From NCBI GenBank assembly GCA_963775895.1, contig CAVZKL010000011.1, forward strand, positions 50,873 to 114,872: a DNA stretch of 64,000 bases, written 5' to 3'. Positions 31,948-43,015 of this stretch are shown here, one piece after another (the first letter of the stretch is position 1; every line of letters begins with the position of its first letter). The notes beneath the pieces are model-generated. The model saw nothing but the letters and a program-made list of their open reading frames with translations. It did not search any database and was not told the origin of the DNA. The DNA comes from Candidatus Bathyarchaeota archaeon. GTDB lineage: Archaea > Thermoproteota > Bathyarchaeia > Bathyarchaeales > Bathycorpusculaceae. Position numbers and translations under genes: made by a program.

Positions 31948-32414
31948 GGGTTATCTAATTGTTTAAATAGTTTGTTCTTATTTGAATTTTTTGTCACCAG
32001 AAACTTTTGTTACAAGCACGCGCGTGTTTTTGGAGCTCTCTCAACCTTCCCGCTCTTACTGACAAATGTCTTCAACGCGCGCCTAAGCTTAAGGGGGGCA
32101 GTAATCATTCCAGGCGGTCCGCCGGTTTTGTTAAGCCCTTGTTGATACCTTTCAATATTGTAACTGGTTTCATAATAGATAGCCCTCCTAAAGTCGAAGT
32201 CAAGTGCTCTTAATCGTGTGATCGCTGGTTTCTTCGGAATCCTGCGAGGTTTGCAGACCCCAGTCGTTCAAACATTTTGGGGACTTCCCATCGCTATCAG
32301 TTTGATAGTGGTCTCAGTCAATTGTGCTTCAGGAGCGATTGGAGCGAACGTAGGTGTTCAAGTCCTCCGACAATTATATCACTCTGGAGTGTCCATTCCA
32401 AGCAGAGGTATAAC

Positions 32415-33038
32415 ATGAACTTCGACACGATGTTAAAAAAGGCTACAAGTTTTCACGGCCACACGTGCACCGGTCTGGTGTTGGGCACTAGAATAGTGAT
32501 TGCGGGGAGTCAAAGATTAGGTATCGACGACCCATCCAAAACGCGTGACTTGATAGTATACGTAGAGATAGATCGGTGTTTGGCGGATGCTATCCAAGCT
32601 ATAACATTGTGCTCACTTGGGAAACGCAGACTGAAACATGTTGATTATGGGAAATTTGCAGCAACATTTGTGGACACATCGAAGAATAGGGCGGTACGCA
32701 TTTCAATAAAGGAGAAAGCCCGTGAGTGGGCGATGAAATACGGCGAAGAACAAGTATTAATAAATAAAGGTGAAATAGTTAACCGAAAGCAAGAAATGGA
32801 CATAATGACAGAAGCTTACATGAAGATACCTGATGTAGAGCTTCTAGACGTTAAGGATGTTAGTATAAGCATACCAAAATGGGATCTCCCAGGCTTGCCT
32901 CAACGAAAAGTGACGTGCACCATGTGCGGTGAAAGAATTTTCGATGGTCGCGCGAAAATAAAAAATGGACGAATTCTATGTAGACCATGTGCAGAAGGCG
33001 CATACTACAAAAATCTCAACGAGACACAACCGGAGTAA
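32415..33038 (+). CDS. FmdE/FwdE family protein with C-terminal Zn finger
   Basis: FHGHTCTG, CLADAIQ, DYGK, CTMCGE...CRPC. Confidence 0.85.
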   Translation: MNFDTMLKKATSFHGHTCTGLVLGTRIVIAGSQRLGIDDPSKTRDLIVYVEIDRCLADAIQAITLCSLGKRRLKHVDYGKFAATFVDTSKNRAVRISIKEKAREWAMKYGEEQVLINKGEIVNRKQEMDIMTEAYMKIPDVELLDVKDVSISIPKWDLPGLPQRKVTCTMCGERIFDGRAKIKNGRILCRPCAEGAYYKNLNETQPE

Positions 33039-33045
33039 CGACTTT

Positions 33046-33834
33046 ATGCCAGGTAAAATCGTTAACGATATTCTAGATTTACTTCCTAACGTCATTCCAG
33101 ATCTAAATATGATAAGGGTTGACAAAGTCATACTAGGATTGGGTTATACAGGGGTTAAGCTTAGCACAGGACAGGTTGGCGTCTGTTTTACTTTTCAAAC
33201 TGAGATTTCATTAAGTTGCTGCCAGATTTACAAGAAAGCTGGCAAATTGACTGGAAGCACAGCGATGGAAATGATGAATATGGCGAGGTCATGGGATCTT
33301 AGTGAAAGTGTAATTGGAATCGCCACAGTAAATGCCCTTTCATCCATCGCTATTGCCAACAATAAGGAAGCATATGTCATCTTAAAGGGGAACATCTTGG
33401 ACCACATAGCGTTGGAAAAAAAAGATACCGTTGTCTTTGTAGGCAGGATCAGTCCATTAATCAAACGAATCGAGGGAAAGGTGAAGAGAATCTATGTACT
33501 CGAAAGAGACTGGGCTCGTCGTGAGAGTGGAGTTTTGCCTGATACGGCATGTGAGGAGATTCTTCCCCAAGCAGACGTCGCTATAATCACTGGAACTGCT
33601 TTAGTCAACGGAACCATAGACCGTCTGATAGAACTCTCTAAGGGAGCAAGGGAAATAGCAGTTGTGGGCGCTTCAGCGAGCGTTCTTCCAGGCCCTCTGT
33701 TTAAGTGTGGAGTCACATGCGTTGGTGGGATCAAAGTTCTAGATCCAGATAAATTGATGCAGATCGTGGCTGAAGGAGGGGGAACACAACAGCTGAAGGC
33801 AGCCGCTGAATTCATCAACTTGAGGCCAAAATAG
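33046..33834 (+). CDS. DUF364 family Rossmann-like protein
   Basis: GIATVNA, ITGTALVNGTIDRL, VGASA. Confidence 0.8.
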   Translation: MPGKIVNDILDLLPNVIPDLNMIRVDKVILGLGYTGVKLSTGQVGVCFTFQTEISLSCCQIYKKAGKLTGSTAMEMMNMARSWDLSESVIGIATVNALSSIAIANNKEAYVILKGNILDHIALEKKDTVVFVGRISPLIKRIEGKVKRIYVLERDWARRESGVLPDTACEEILPQADVAIITGTALVNGTIDRLIELSKGAREIAVVGASASVLPGPLFKCGVTCVGGIKVLDPDKLMQIVAEGGGTQQLKAAAEFINLRPK

Positions 33835-33995
33835 CCGCGAGTGCGCGCGCAGCAAAGACAACCAACCAGCCCTAAGATTACACAATTGAATTTGCGCACC
33901 CTTCTAATTAAGCGCGCGCGCCCATACTGTAAACAGGGGATTACGCTGATAGATTTGAGTATAGACGTCTGTGGCATAAGATTCAAAAATCGTTC

Positions 33996-34017
33996 TTGAG
34001 GGTTAAGCTCCCAAATT
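33996..34017. repeat. 22-bp direct repeat, copy 2, in a relic of the preA-like 5' end
   Basis: Exact match to 22410..22431; the minus strand reads FGSLTLKN as in the preA-like N-terminus. Confidence 0.85.
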
Positions 34018-34049
34018 AACTCCGTCCACATTGCGCATAAGAATTCGTT

Positions 34050-35358
34050 TCATCTGGGCCGATGTTCTTTTTCTAGCCGTCTTAAGCTGACATCAAGAGC
34101 TTGAACAGTGGAATCCACGTGTTCTGTCGTTGCTATCAACGGGGGCAACATGCGGATAGTTGACTCGCCGCTTAGAGTGACCAATGTTCCAGCCTCTCTC
34201 ATCATGTCTTGAACCTGTGCTGCTTCTCTAGCTGCGGGAGTTTTTGTTCTTTGATCCTCAACAAGTTCCACACCAACCATGAGACCTTTTCCCCTCACGT
34301 CACCTATAATTGGATGTTTCTCCTCCAACTCAACTAGGCGGCGCAGTAGATAGTTCCCTACTCTAGAAGCATTTTCTAGCAGGCGATCCCTCTGGATTAT
34401 TTCAATAGTCTTCAGACCGGCAACACATGAGACAGGGTTGCCTCCAAACGTTGTGTAATGGTCTCCTGGCTCAAATGCTTCCGCTATTTTCTCGTTGGTG
34501 ATGAAAGTACCTAGTGGTAGACCTCCTCCGACGCCTTTTGCAACCGTGATTATGTCTGGACGCAAGTTCCAGTATTCGATCGCAAACATCTTGCCGGTTC
34601 TTCCTATTCCAGTTTGAATCTCATCGTCAATAAGCAATATTCCATGTTCATCACAAATTCTTTTCACTCTGGAAAAGTACCCGTCTGGGGGGACGATCAC
34701 TCCTCCTTCGCCCATTATAGGCTCAAATGCTAAGGCGGCTACATCGCCTGAACTTCCGTATTTTATTGCCTCACTGAGGAGCTCTGCGCAGGCAAGGTCG
34801 CAGTCTGGAAACGTCAGTCTTAGGCTGCAACGATAACAGTATGCAGGCGGAATGTGTACGACGCCTGGGATGTAAGGCCCCATGCCTTTTTTGTATTTCA
34901 TTTGTGCAGTAATGCTCAATGATCCAAGAGTACGGCCGTGGAAGGCTCTGTATAATGCAATCAGCTCGTATTTTTTCGTGTATTTGCGTGCAAGCTTGAT
35001 TGCACCTTCCACTGCTTCAGCTCCACTACTACAGAAGAAACTTCGGCATGAGGACATGGGAGCAATTTCGGCAAGTTTCTCGGCAAGATTTGCCATAGGA
35101 ATTGAATAAAACATGTAAGAACTGTGATGCCAAACTTTGTCCAACTGTTCGATGATTGCATTCTTCACCTCTTGATTACAATGTCCTAACGGAAGAACAC
35201 CAAACCCCGTTGTGAAGTCCAAGTATTTTTTTCCGTTCACGTCCTCCAAGAAAACGCCATCTCCCTTAGCTACGGTTATGGGCACTATCCGTTTGAGACA
35301 CGAGGTAATGACATACTTATTCGTATCTCTTCATGGTTTCATGATCTGATCCTTTCAT
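34050..35358 (-). CDS. Class III PLP aminotransferase (GabT/ArgD-like); probable frameshift near 35320
   Basis: SGAEAVE, FHGRT, EPIMGEGG, DEIQTG, AKGVGGG, TFGGNP. Confidence 0.92.
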
Positions 35359-35409
35359 ATATAATCACCGAAATTGCGATTTCACGCGCTTGTCTTGGAT
35401 TACCAAGCC

Positions 35410-37322
35410 TCAAGTCTTTGGTTTGGGCAGTTTTCCTAGGTGATCAAGCTCTTTGGCTATTTTCTTAAGTCCGAGTTCATTCAGCTTTTTCATCGTAGGT
35501 ATTCCTGTTTTAACATCCCATCCTCTGAGGTTGTAGTATTCGTCCAGCATCTGATCTAGGTTGCACACGTGTCCTTTAGAGGGACCTGAAGGCATTGGTT
35601 CTTTGGTAAAACGGTCTGGTAAGCTGTCATCTTTCTTGGTTATTCCTTCTCTCACGTTGAAGGCCCTTTCGACGTTGACGATGCGTTCTCCTATGCGAAG
35701 GGCATCCTTGCCCGTTAGTTCGAGGCCTGTAATAGCGTTTAACACTTGGGCTTGGGCTTCTGCCAGACGAGACCTGTTCTGGTGATGAATTTGCATGCTT
35801 CTATCGAATCCGTGAAAGCTCGGACTTCTTCGAACCATTTGACCATGCATGCTTTTCCGTCGGTTGCAAATCTGTCCGCGGCCCTTGGAGTTCCAAACAG
35901 CTCTTTTGCCTTCTCCGGAGTTATCGTGTATTCGAACGCTGGTAGGGCCCTCAGGTGATCCGCACCTCTCGATCCTACAGCGTAGCCCAATCCAAACGCT
36001 TGTATTCCTCGAGGATCACACTCTATATGCTCTAATCCCTTCGTGTGCATTGCGTATTTGTCAGCACCCTTTCCTATCTTCAGTGCTGCAGTGCGGCAGC
36101 CCTCGGCCAGGAGGTTACCTATTCCCTCTCTCGTAGCGATTTTTTCTATCATTTCGAGAACAGCGTCAGCATTTCCCCATTCGAGTTTCAGACCGTTGGT
36201 GTCTTTATCGCTTAGAATTCCTTTTTCATAGCATTCCATAGCGAATCCTATTACTGCTCCCGTGGATATCGTGTCAAGGCCGTATCTCTGGAGCAAGTCT
36301 ATAGCTTTGAGCCCTATCTCCAGGTTGGCAACGCCTACTCGCGTCGTATAGTTCGTCACCATGCCGTATTCCAACTTTGGAGCACTCAAACCCGCAAACG
36401 GGCCGTCCTGTATCATCCAGAAGCTTCCACAGTGAAGTGAACATGAAAGGCATCCTCTCTTCTTGACTTCGTATGTTTTTGTGTAATACTCTCCCAGTAA
36501 CCCTTCAATTGGGTTGAATTGTCCTTCTTGGAAGTTTCTAGTGACTTGTGCCCCAAGATTCAAATCGTAAATCCTCATCAAGGCCATCGAACCTTGTTCT
36601 GAAAAAAGCCTCGAAGTCGGATCAGAGTAGAGTATTTTGATGTCGTCTTTGGTGATTTCCAACAGTTTGTCTGGGTCAGCTACTTTTACTCCTTTCGTTC
36701 CTCGTACGGCGATAGCCTTAAGGTTTTTGGAGCCCATTACAGCGCCCATGCCAGTTCTTCCAGCTCCTCTAAAAGCATCGCTTAAGATGTTACCCATCTT
36801 AACTAGGTTCTCACCGGCCACGCCAATTTCAACTGTGTGTATTTCTGGATCTCCTGTTTCTTCCAATATCGATTTGTGCGTGTCGTAGGTGTCTTTGCCC
36901 CAAAGGTGCTTTGCGTCTCGAATCTCCACATTGTCATCGTCAATCCAAACGTAAACTGGCTCGCTCGCTCGCCCGTAAACTATTATCTGATCGTATCCAG
37001 CGTATTTGAGCTCTGGTGCCCAGAATCCTCCACAATTTGAGTCACCAAGAATTCCAGTTAATGGCGACTTGGCTGTAACATTAAACCTTCCAGAGCCCAG
37101 AGGCGAGAGAGCACCAGTTGTTGGTCCCGTACCAAACATCAATATATTATCTGGACCCAAAGGATCAATCTTTGGTTTCAGTTTCCTGTACAATGTGATG
37201 ACGTTCCTGCCCCTGCCTCCAAGGTACATTTTGGTGTCTGTTGGATCCAATGGATGAGTTACTGTTTTTCTTCGTGTCAGATCTATTTCAAGAATCCTTC
37301 CCGCCCATCCGCACAGCATCAC
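35410..37322 (-). CDS. Tungsten aldehyde:ferredoxin oxidoreductase (AOR family); frameshift near 35760
   Basis: KSPLTG, GRTGMGAVMGSKNLKA, CLSCSLHC, EYG, GLDTIS, RGADH, YYNLRGW. Confidence 0.93.
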
Positions 37323-37825
37323 TTTTTCACCTCATTCTTAAGCAATTCACGGGATCGCAACAGTGGACCTGCAAATTTGTTCAACATACGCTGTCGTTTA
37401 GTTTTCGCAGCCATATCGGCCTCCACGAAACGAATTGCTTCGGTAACGCAGTATTTCACGCAAGTTGGGTCACCATCGCAAAGATCACATTTGGTCAACT
37501 CACGCCGCTCAAGATCGACGTTGATTGCGCCATAGGGGCATACCATCATGCAGGCATTGCATCCGATGCATACAGATGGCTCCAAGATCATTGCGCCAGT
37601 CTGAGGTTTTCGTTGAAGAGCTCCCACTGGGCAAACAGTTCTGCACGGGGCATTTTCGCAATGTTGACAGATTACTGGCAAGTCCAATCCTTCGTGAGGC
37701 ATGGAAAGAACCCTTATGCGCGACTTCTGAGGATTACATTCTCCAGTTTTCTTAAGAGAACAGGCTAATTCACATGTTCGGCAGCCAGTGCAACGTTCTG
37801 GTTCAACGACGATAACTTTCACCAC
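37319..37825 (-). CDS. 4x[4Fe-4S] partner subunit of AOR
   Basis: CTGCRTCELAC, CQHCENAPC, CIGCNACMMVC, CDLCDGDPTC; overlaps the AOR start. Confidence 0.9.
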   Translation of the reverse strand: MVKVIVVEPERCTGCRTCELACSLKKTGECNPQKSRIRVLSMPHEGLDLPVICQHCENAPCRTVCPVGALQRKPQTGAMILEPSVCIGCNACMMVCPYGAINVDLERRELTKCDLCDGDPTCVKYCVTEAIRFVEADMAAKTKRQRMLNKFAGPLLRSRELLKNEVKK

Positions 37826-37885
37826 AGGCGACACCAGAACCTTAAAATGAATATCGGATTTCTTATAAACATTGTTGATCACTCC

Positions 37886-38164
37886 ATGATAACCGTAAGA
37901 CTATATTCAATTTTCAGGGAAGTGGTCGGCAAAGAAGAGTTGACCCTTGATTTGAAGGAAGTGACCGTTAAGGGTCTTCTTGACCTACTATTCAAAAAAT
38001 ACTCAAAAGAATTTGAGGAAAGGAAATACACTAAGGTGGACGGTTTTCCCTCAAATATCGCAATCTACGTTCAAGGTAAAATGCTAAACTTGAATGAAGC
38101 TCTAGATGTGCGTTTAAAGGACGGCGACGAGATACACCTTCTCGAGATAGTTTTGGGGGGCTAG
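37886..38164 (+). CDS. MoaD/ThiS/SAMP ubiquitin-like sulfur carrier
   Basis: LKDGDEI...GG C-terminus; divergent from the AOR operon. Confidence 0.88.
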   Translation: MITVRLYSIFREVVGKEELTLDLKEVTVKGLLDLLFKKYSKEFEERKYTKVDGFPSNIAIYVQGKMLNLNEALDVRLKDGDEIHLLEIVLGG

Positions 38165-38191
38165 GGAGGATGGCCAAGGCTGACTTTGGCT

Positions 38192-39147
38192 CTAGCTTGT
38201 GTTCATTCGCGCGATGGCTCTTCTTCCGATGAAACTCGATAAACTCTTTTGTTTACATCTTGTGCAAAGTTTTAAGTTTCTTTCAAACCTTTCCAGGTTT
38301 TCTTTGCGGATAAGATCAGTTTTCCCCATCACGTTCAATATTTCTTTGAATTGGGGCGCTGACCAATTATGCGTCCACACTTCTCGCATCTCACTTCTTT
38401 GATCTCAATACTCGTCGCCATGTTTTCTCTTTTACACGTTGACATTTCGAAAACCTTGGTCAGGCGTATCGCACTTTCCGGGCATGCTTCTTCGCATTTT
38501 GCGCAGAACATGCACTTGCCGATGTCTAGCTTCAGCACTTCCTTGCCGTCTTTGTCTGCAATTGTTATTGCTTCGGTAGGACACACAAATGCACAGGCGC
38601 CACATCCGATGCACTTTGCAGAATCAAGTTCTGGTTTGCCTCTGAATTCTTTGGGAGCGGGGGTGGGATGATACGGTATCTTCTTTATTCCAAGCAGTTT
38701 TTCTGACATTAAGAGTATTCCTTGGAATATTGCCTGCGGCCTCGGGGGGCATCCGGGAACGTAGACATCTACGGGAAAAAGCTTGTCTACGGGTCCAGAA
38801 AAGGAATCACTCTTGCCGAAAACCGCCCTGGATATCGCGCATGTCCCTACCGCTACGACGCCTTTTGGTTCTGGAACTGATTCATATACTCTTATCAAGT
38901 CATCTGTTATTTTCATAGGGACAGGACCAGTGATCACCAAGATGCTGGCTTCAGCAGGCGAATTCACGAACTTGAACCGGAACCCTTCAACATCAAAACA
39001 GCGTACTGCTGCCGTAAGAGCTTCAATATCGCAAGCGTTGCATGATCCTGCATCGGCACGGAATATGCCAACTTCCTGAAAATGTTTTCTTTGTGTGGCC
39101 ACTCCTTTTAATTTAGGTCTCTTCTGATGGTTAGTGCCAATACTCAT
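38192..39147 (-). CDS. Group 4 [NiFe] hydrogenase small subunit fused to a NuoI/HycF-like ferredoxin; frameshift near 38365
   Basis: SCNACDIE, GTCA, PGCPPRP, then CIGCGACAFVC, CMFCAKCEEAC, CEKC...CTRC. Confidence 0.88.
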
Positions 39148-39165
39148 AGGCGCGTTTCTCCTTCG

Positions 39166-40755
39166 CTAGCCAATCAAGCGCCCCTTTTTCACTACCTTAC
39201 CATTTTCAATGATCGCCATGCGATCAGTACAGCTGAAGCATGGGTCAATGCTTGCTATGATTGTATTGAGAATTACGGGTTCAGTAGTGGACTCATCCAT
39301 TAACATCGGTTTCAATGCAACGAGATTTGCCAGGGTTGGTGTCCGTATCTTAACCCGCTCAGGATACAGAGAGCCGTTAGACCTAACATAATACATGTTC
39401 TCTCCCCTGGGAGCTTCGCCTCTTCCTACTGCCTCACCTTTTGGTATTTCCAATACGGGCACGGCAATGGGTCCTCTTGGTATGTTGCCTAACAGATTCC
39501 TGATGATCCTGGACGATTCAAGAATCTCATCAATTCGTACCATCAGCCTTGCCTTCACGTCGCCTTCGCTTCTGGTCACGACATTAAAGTCTATCTCAGG
39601 GTAGGCAGCATAAGGATCTAGTTTTCTTATATCCAGTGATAATCCAGAAGCGCGAGCGTTCGGCCCGACTACATCCAATTTCTTCGCTTCTTCTCGTGTA
39701 AGAACGCCTTTTCCCTCTATTATCTTTGCGATCGAAGGTTTTTTCTGAAATGCGTCTTCGATCTTCTGCATATCTGAGTCTATGTTATCCAGAGCGCTGG
39801 TTATCATGGCGGCTTTTTTCTCATTGATATCCCGTCGCACTCCTCCTAATTCGAGTATCCCGTAATGAACACGGTTGCCCGTCACTGTTTCAAAGATGTC
39901 CATAACTCTTTCCCGTTCTGAAAAGATCCGCGCGAAAAGATCTTCAGCCCCTGTTTTCTCAGCTTCTAGCCCCAAGTATAGCATGTGACTGTGGATTCTT
40001 TCCAGCTCAGAGATGATTGTTCTAATGTATCTAGCTCTGTCCGGGGTTTTCACCTTCGTGATGTCCTCCACAGCTTGCGTGAAACACAATGGATGAATGT
40101 TCGAGCAAATTCCGCAGACTCTTTCCACGATGGCAACTGCCTGGTGAAATGTTCTGGATTCAACTAACTTTTCTATCCCTCTAGTAATATAGCCTATGTT
40201 TATGCGGACATCAACTATCTTGGTGCCGTCTGCAATTATCTCCAATTGTTCTGGCTCGTCAAGCCACGGATGAAAGGGACCTATTATGACTCTTGAACTG
40301 GATGAAACTGCGCCACGCGCCCGAACACTCTCGAGCGGATACTCTGCCTTCGGCGGTTTTTTTGACGCGACACTCATTCGAGGGTTAGCACGACGATCTC
40401 TGAACTTGATTCCAAACAAATCCGTTACTTCTCTTTCGTAAAGATAAGCGGACGGAATTATGTCTGCAATGGTTTCAAGCTCCAGAGTATCTCTGGGAAT
40501 TGAGGTCTGAACATTTGTGAGAATTCCGGCGATGTCGAAATGATAGATTACTTGGAATCCAAGAGGAGCATCTACCCCAGTTACGGCGACAAGACGAGCC
40601 TGAAACTTTTCTCTCAAGAATTCCGCAGCAATTTTGTATCCTTTTTCGTTAACCTTTATGAATACGCGCCTTTTTCTTGGAATTACATGGCTCATTAGAC
40701 GCTTTCCCAATCTTTTCCTTAGATCTACCAGAATCGTGTCCTCGTCAACTTTCAT
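39166..40755 (-). CDS. Group 4 [NiFe] hydrogenase large subunit with fused NuoC-like domain (HycE-like)
   Basis: RVCGICSNIH and DPCFSCTDR Ni-binding motifs; GPFHP, EAPRGE; N-terminal YEREVTDLFGI. Confidence 0.92.
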   Translation of the reverse strand: MKVDEDTILVDLRKRLGKRLMSHVIPRKRRVFIKVNEKGYKIAAEFLREKFQARLVAVTGVDAPLGFQVIYHFDIAGILTNVQTSIPRDTLELETIADIIPSAYLYEREVTDLFGIKFRDRRANPRMSVASKKPPKAEYPLESVRARGAVSSSSRVIIGPFHPWLDEPEQLEIIADGTKIVDVRINIGYITRGIEKLVESRTFHQAVAIVERVCGICSNIHPLCFTQAVEDITKVKTPDRARYIRTIISELERIHSHMLYLGLEAEKTGAEDLFARIFSERERVMDIFETVTGNRVHYGILELGGVRRDINEKKAAMITSALDNIDSDMQKIEDAFQKKPSIAKIIEGKGVLTREEAKKLDVVGPNARASGLSLDIRKLDPYAAYPEIDFNVVTRSEGDVKARLMVRIDEILESSRIIRNLLGNIPRGPIAVPVLEIPKGEAVGRGEAPRGENMYYVRSNGSLYPERVKIRTPTLANLVALKPMLMDESTTEPVILNTIIASIDPCFSCTDRMAIIENGKVVKKGRLIG

Positions 40756-41004
40756 TCTTTCATCTTCATAGAAGAGCGCGCAAGTCTACTGACTGGGAAA
40801 GAAGCTAATAAACTTGAAGCCTTGAAAGTCGATACTTTGACCAATGCGGCGTGGTGAAATTTCCTCTAAAGTCATCATGCCCTTGCGGATTACCGCTCGT
40901 GCTTGTTGGACAGGGTATAATTCCTGAAATCAACTGAACACAAAGCGCGTTCTCACGTGAAGTTATATTGTTCGGCGACCTAGCGGACAATTTTCATATT
41001 AATG

Positions 41005-41868
41005 TCAAAAACAGCTTTTGACGAGGCTGATAACGTCAGCTGGTCTTGCAGCTATTTTGACTCCTGCACGCCTCAAAATATCGGTCTTACTTTGAACCGT
41101 GCCCCTTTCACGCAAAATTATTGCACCTGCGTGGCCCATTCTCTCTCCCGCGGGAGCTACTCGACCTGCTACGTAAGCGACGACTGGCTTCGTCATCTTA
41201 CGGATGAATCCCGCAGCCTCCTCTTCCTGTACTCCACCAATCTCGCCTACGACGACTACGAGTTTTGTTTGTTGGTCTTCTTCGAACAGTTTCAATATGA
41301 CCGTCAAATCAATCCCGACCACTGGGTCAGCGCCTATTCCCAAGCAGGTGCTCTGTCCGATGCCAGACGCCGAGAGATTACCTGCGATCTCATACGACAA
41401 AGTCCCGCTTCTAGAGACTATTCCAACGTTGCCTTCGGTGAAGACACTTGCTGGCATAATGCCGATCTTTGTTTTTCCGGGACTTATTACCCCTGGAGTT
41501 GTTGGGCCTATGACTTTTGTTCCCATAGATTGTGCGTATTCTCGGATGTAAATCGTGTCGTGAACTGGAACGTGTTCGGTTATTATCACGATAAGCTTTA
41601 TGCCAGACGATATTGCTTCAATGGCAGCATCTTTTGTTCCCCAAGCGGGAACGAATATGATCGAGGCATCAGCGGCGCGTTCCGAAACTGCCTGACTCAC
41701 GGTGTCATAGACCGGTACATCGTAGACCTTTGTGCCTCCCTTTCCAGGAGTTGTACCTGCAACTATCTTAGATCCGTAGTCGAGCATGAGTTTCGTTTGG
41801 ATGTTTCCCACTCTGCCCGTTATCCCTTGAACTATGATGCGAGTTTCTTTATCTGCAAGAATGCACAT
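41005..41868 (-). CDS. sucD: Succinyl-CoA synthetase alpha subunit family
   Basis: QGITG, SRSGTL, GEIGG, MGHAGA. Confidence 0.9.
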   Translation of the reverse strand: MCILADKETRIIVQGITGRVGNIQTKLMLDYGSKIVAGTTPGKGGTKVYDVPVYDTVSQAVSERAADASIIFVPAWGTKDAAIEAISSGIKLIVIITEHVPVHDTIYIREYAQSMGTKVIGPTTPGVISPGKTKIGIMPASVFTEGNVGIVSRSGTLSYEIAGNLSASGIGQSTCLGIGADPVVGIDLTVILKLFEEDQQTKLVVVVGEIGGVQEEEAAGFIRKMTKPVVAYVAGRVAPAGERMGHAGAIILRERGTVQSKTDILRRAGVKIAARPADVISLVKSCF

Positions 41869-41871
41869 GGA

Positions 41872-43011
41872 TTATTCACCAAGCAAGCTCTTCAATTTCT
41901 CAACTGCGACCTCGGTCTGAATCTCTTTGACAACAGGTATTCCGGCCCTTTCAAGCAAACTGCATGCTTCTTCTTGCTGGTTGCCAATTAGCTTCACAAG
42001 AATCGGTATGCTCGGTCTGAGCTTGTCATAGGCTCTAACAATTCCTCTAGCGGCTTCAGGCATGGGGTTTATTCCTCCGTAGAGGTTGATTATAAGCGCT
42101 TTCAGACGCTTGTCTCCAAGGACCACTTCAACCGCTCCTTCCATCAGTTCTGCAGTTATTCCCCCACCGGTTTCAAGAAAATTCGCAGGTTCCATTCCAA
42201 AGTCTTTTATGAGATCAATGGTGGTCATGGTCAATCCCGCCCCGGACCCAATAACTCCAATATTTCCATCCAATCTCACGTAGGTGAGACCTCGCTTGTT
42301 TGCTTCTCTTTTTACTTTGTCCTTCACTCTTTCATTCAAGTGAATGCTGATTTCTTGATGTCGGAATAAGGAGTTATCGTCGATTTCTAACACAGCACCA
42401 ACGGCGAAGACGTCACCTTCTCTCGTAGTCACAAGTGGATTTATCTCAGCTATAATGGCGTCGTATCGACTGAATACCCCGTACAGTTGGTATAGAACAT
42501 TGCTTACTTTGAGAAGAAGGGCCCCGCTAAGATTTGATTGTCTACAGATGTCTGTAGCTTCAAATCTGAACAGCCCACGCCTCAGATCCACATTTCTAGA
42601 AATTAGCAGTTCCGGTCTATCCTTCGACAGAGTTTCTACATCTACACCACCTTCTGTCGAAAACATGACAACAGGTTGTCCTGAGAGTTGATCGATTGTC
42701 ACTGCCAAGTAATACTCTTTTTGAACTTCCAGCTTCTTTTCAACAAGAACTCTCTTGACGTTTTCTCCCCTGATTTTTCCATCCATCAGGCCTTCAGTTT
42801 GTTTCATGGCATCTGTCAAGTTATTAGCGAATTTTATGCCTCCAGCCTTTCCTCTCCCACCCACCAACACTTGCGCTTTTATTGCGACAGGAAAGCCGAA
42901 TTTTCTCACAGCGGACTCAACTTTCTTCGAAGAATTTGCAACTATTCCAAGGGGCACCGGAATGTCGAAGGTCTTGAAAATCCTTTTTGCTTCGTATTCG
43001 AAAAGCCTCAC
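41872..43011 (-). CDS. sucC: Succinyl-CoA synthetase beta subunit family
   Basis: LFEYEAK, KAQVLVGGRGKAGGI, EINPL, GAGL, PANF. Confidence 0.88.
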   Translation of the reverse strand: MRLFEYEAKRIFKTFDIPVPLGIVANSSKKVESAVRKFGFPVAIKAQVLVGGRGKAGGIKFANNLTDAMKQTEGLMDGKIRGENVKRVLVEKKLEVQKEYYLAVTIDQLSGQPVVMFSTEGGVDVETLSKDRPELLISRNVDLRRGLFRFEATDICRQSNLSGALLLKVSNVLYQLYGVFSRYDAIIAEINPLVTTREGDVFAVGAVLEIDDNSLFRHQEISIHLNERVKDKVKREANKRGLTYVRLDGNIGVIGSGAGLTMTTIDLIKDFGMEPANFLETGGGITAELMEGAVEVVLGDKRLKALIINLYGGINPMPEAARGIVRAYDKLRPSIPILVKLIGNQQEEACSLLERAGIPVVKEIQTEVAVEKLKSLLGE

Positions 43012-43015
43012 GTTG

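Noticed and set aside
41002-41991. 329-aa plus-strand ORF
   Set aside because: Antisense shadow of sucD/sucC with no recognisable motifs.
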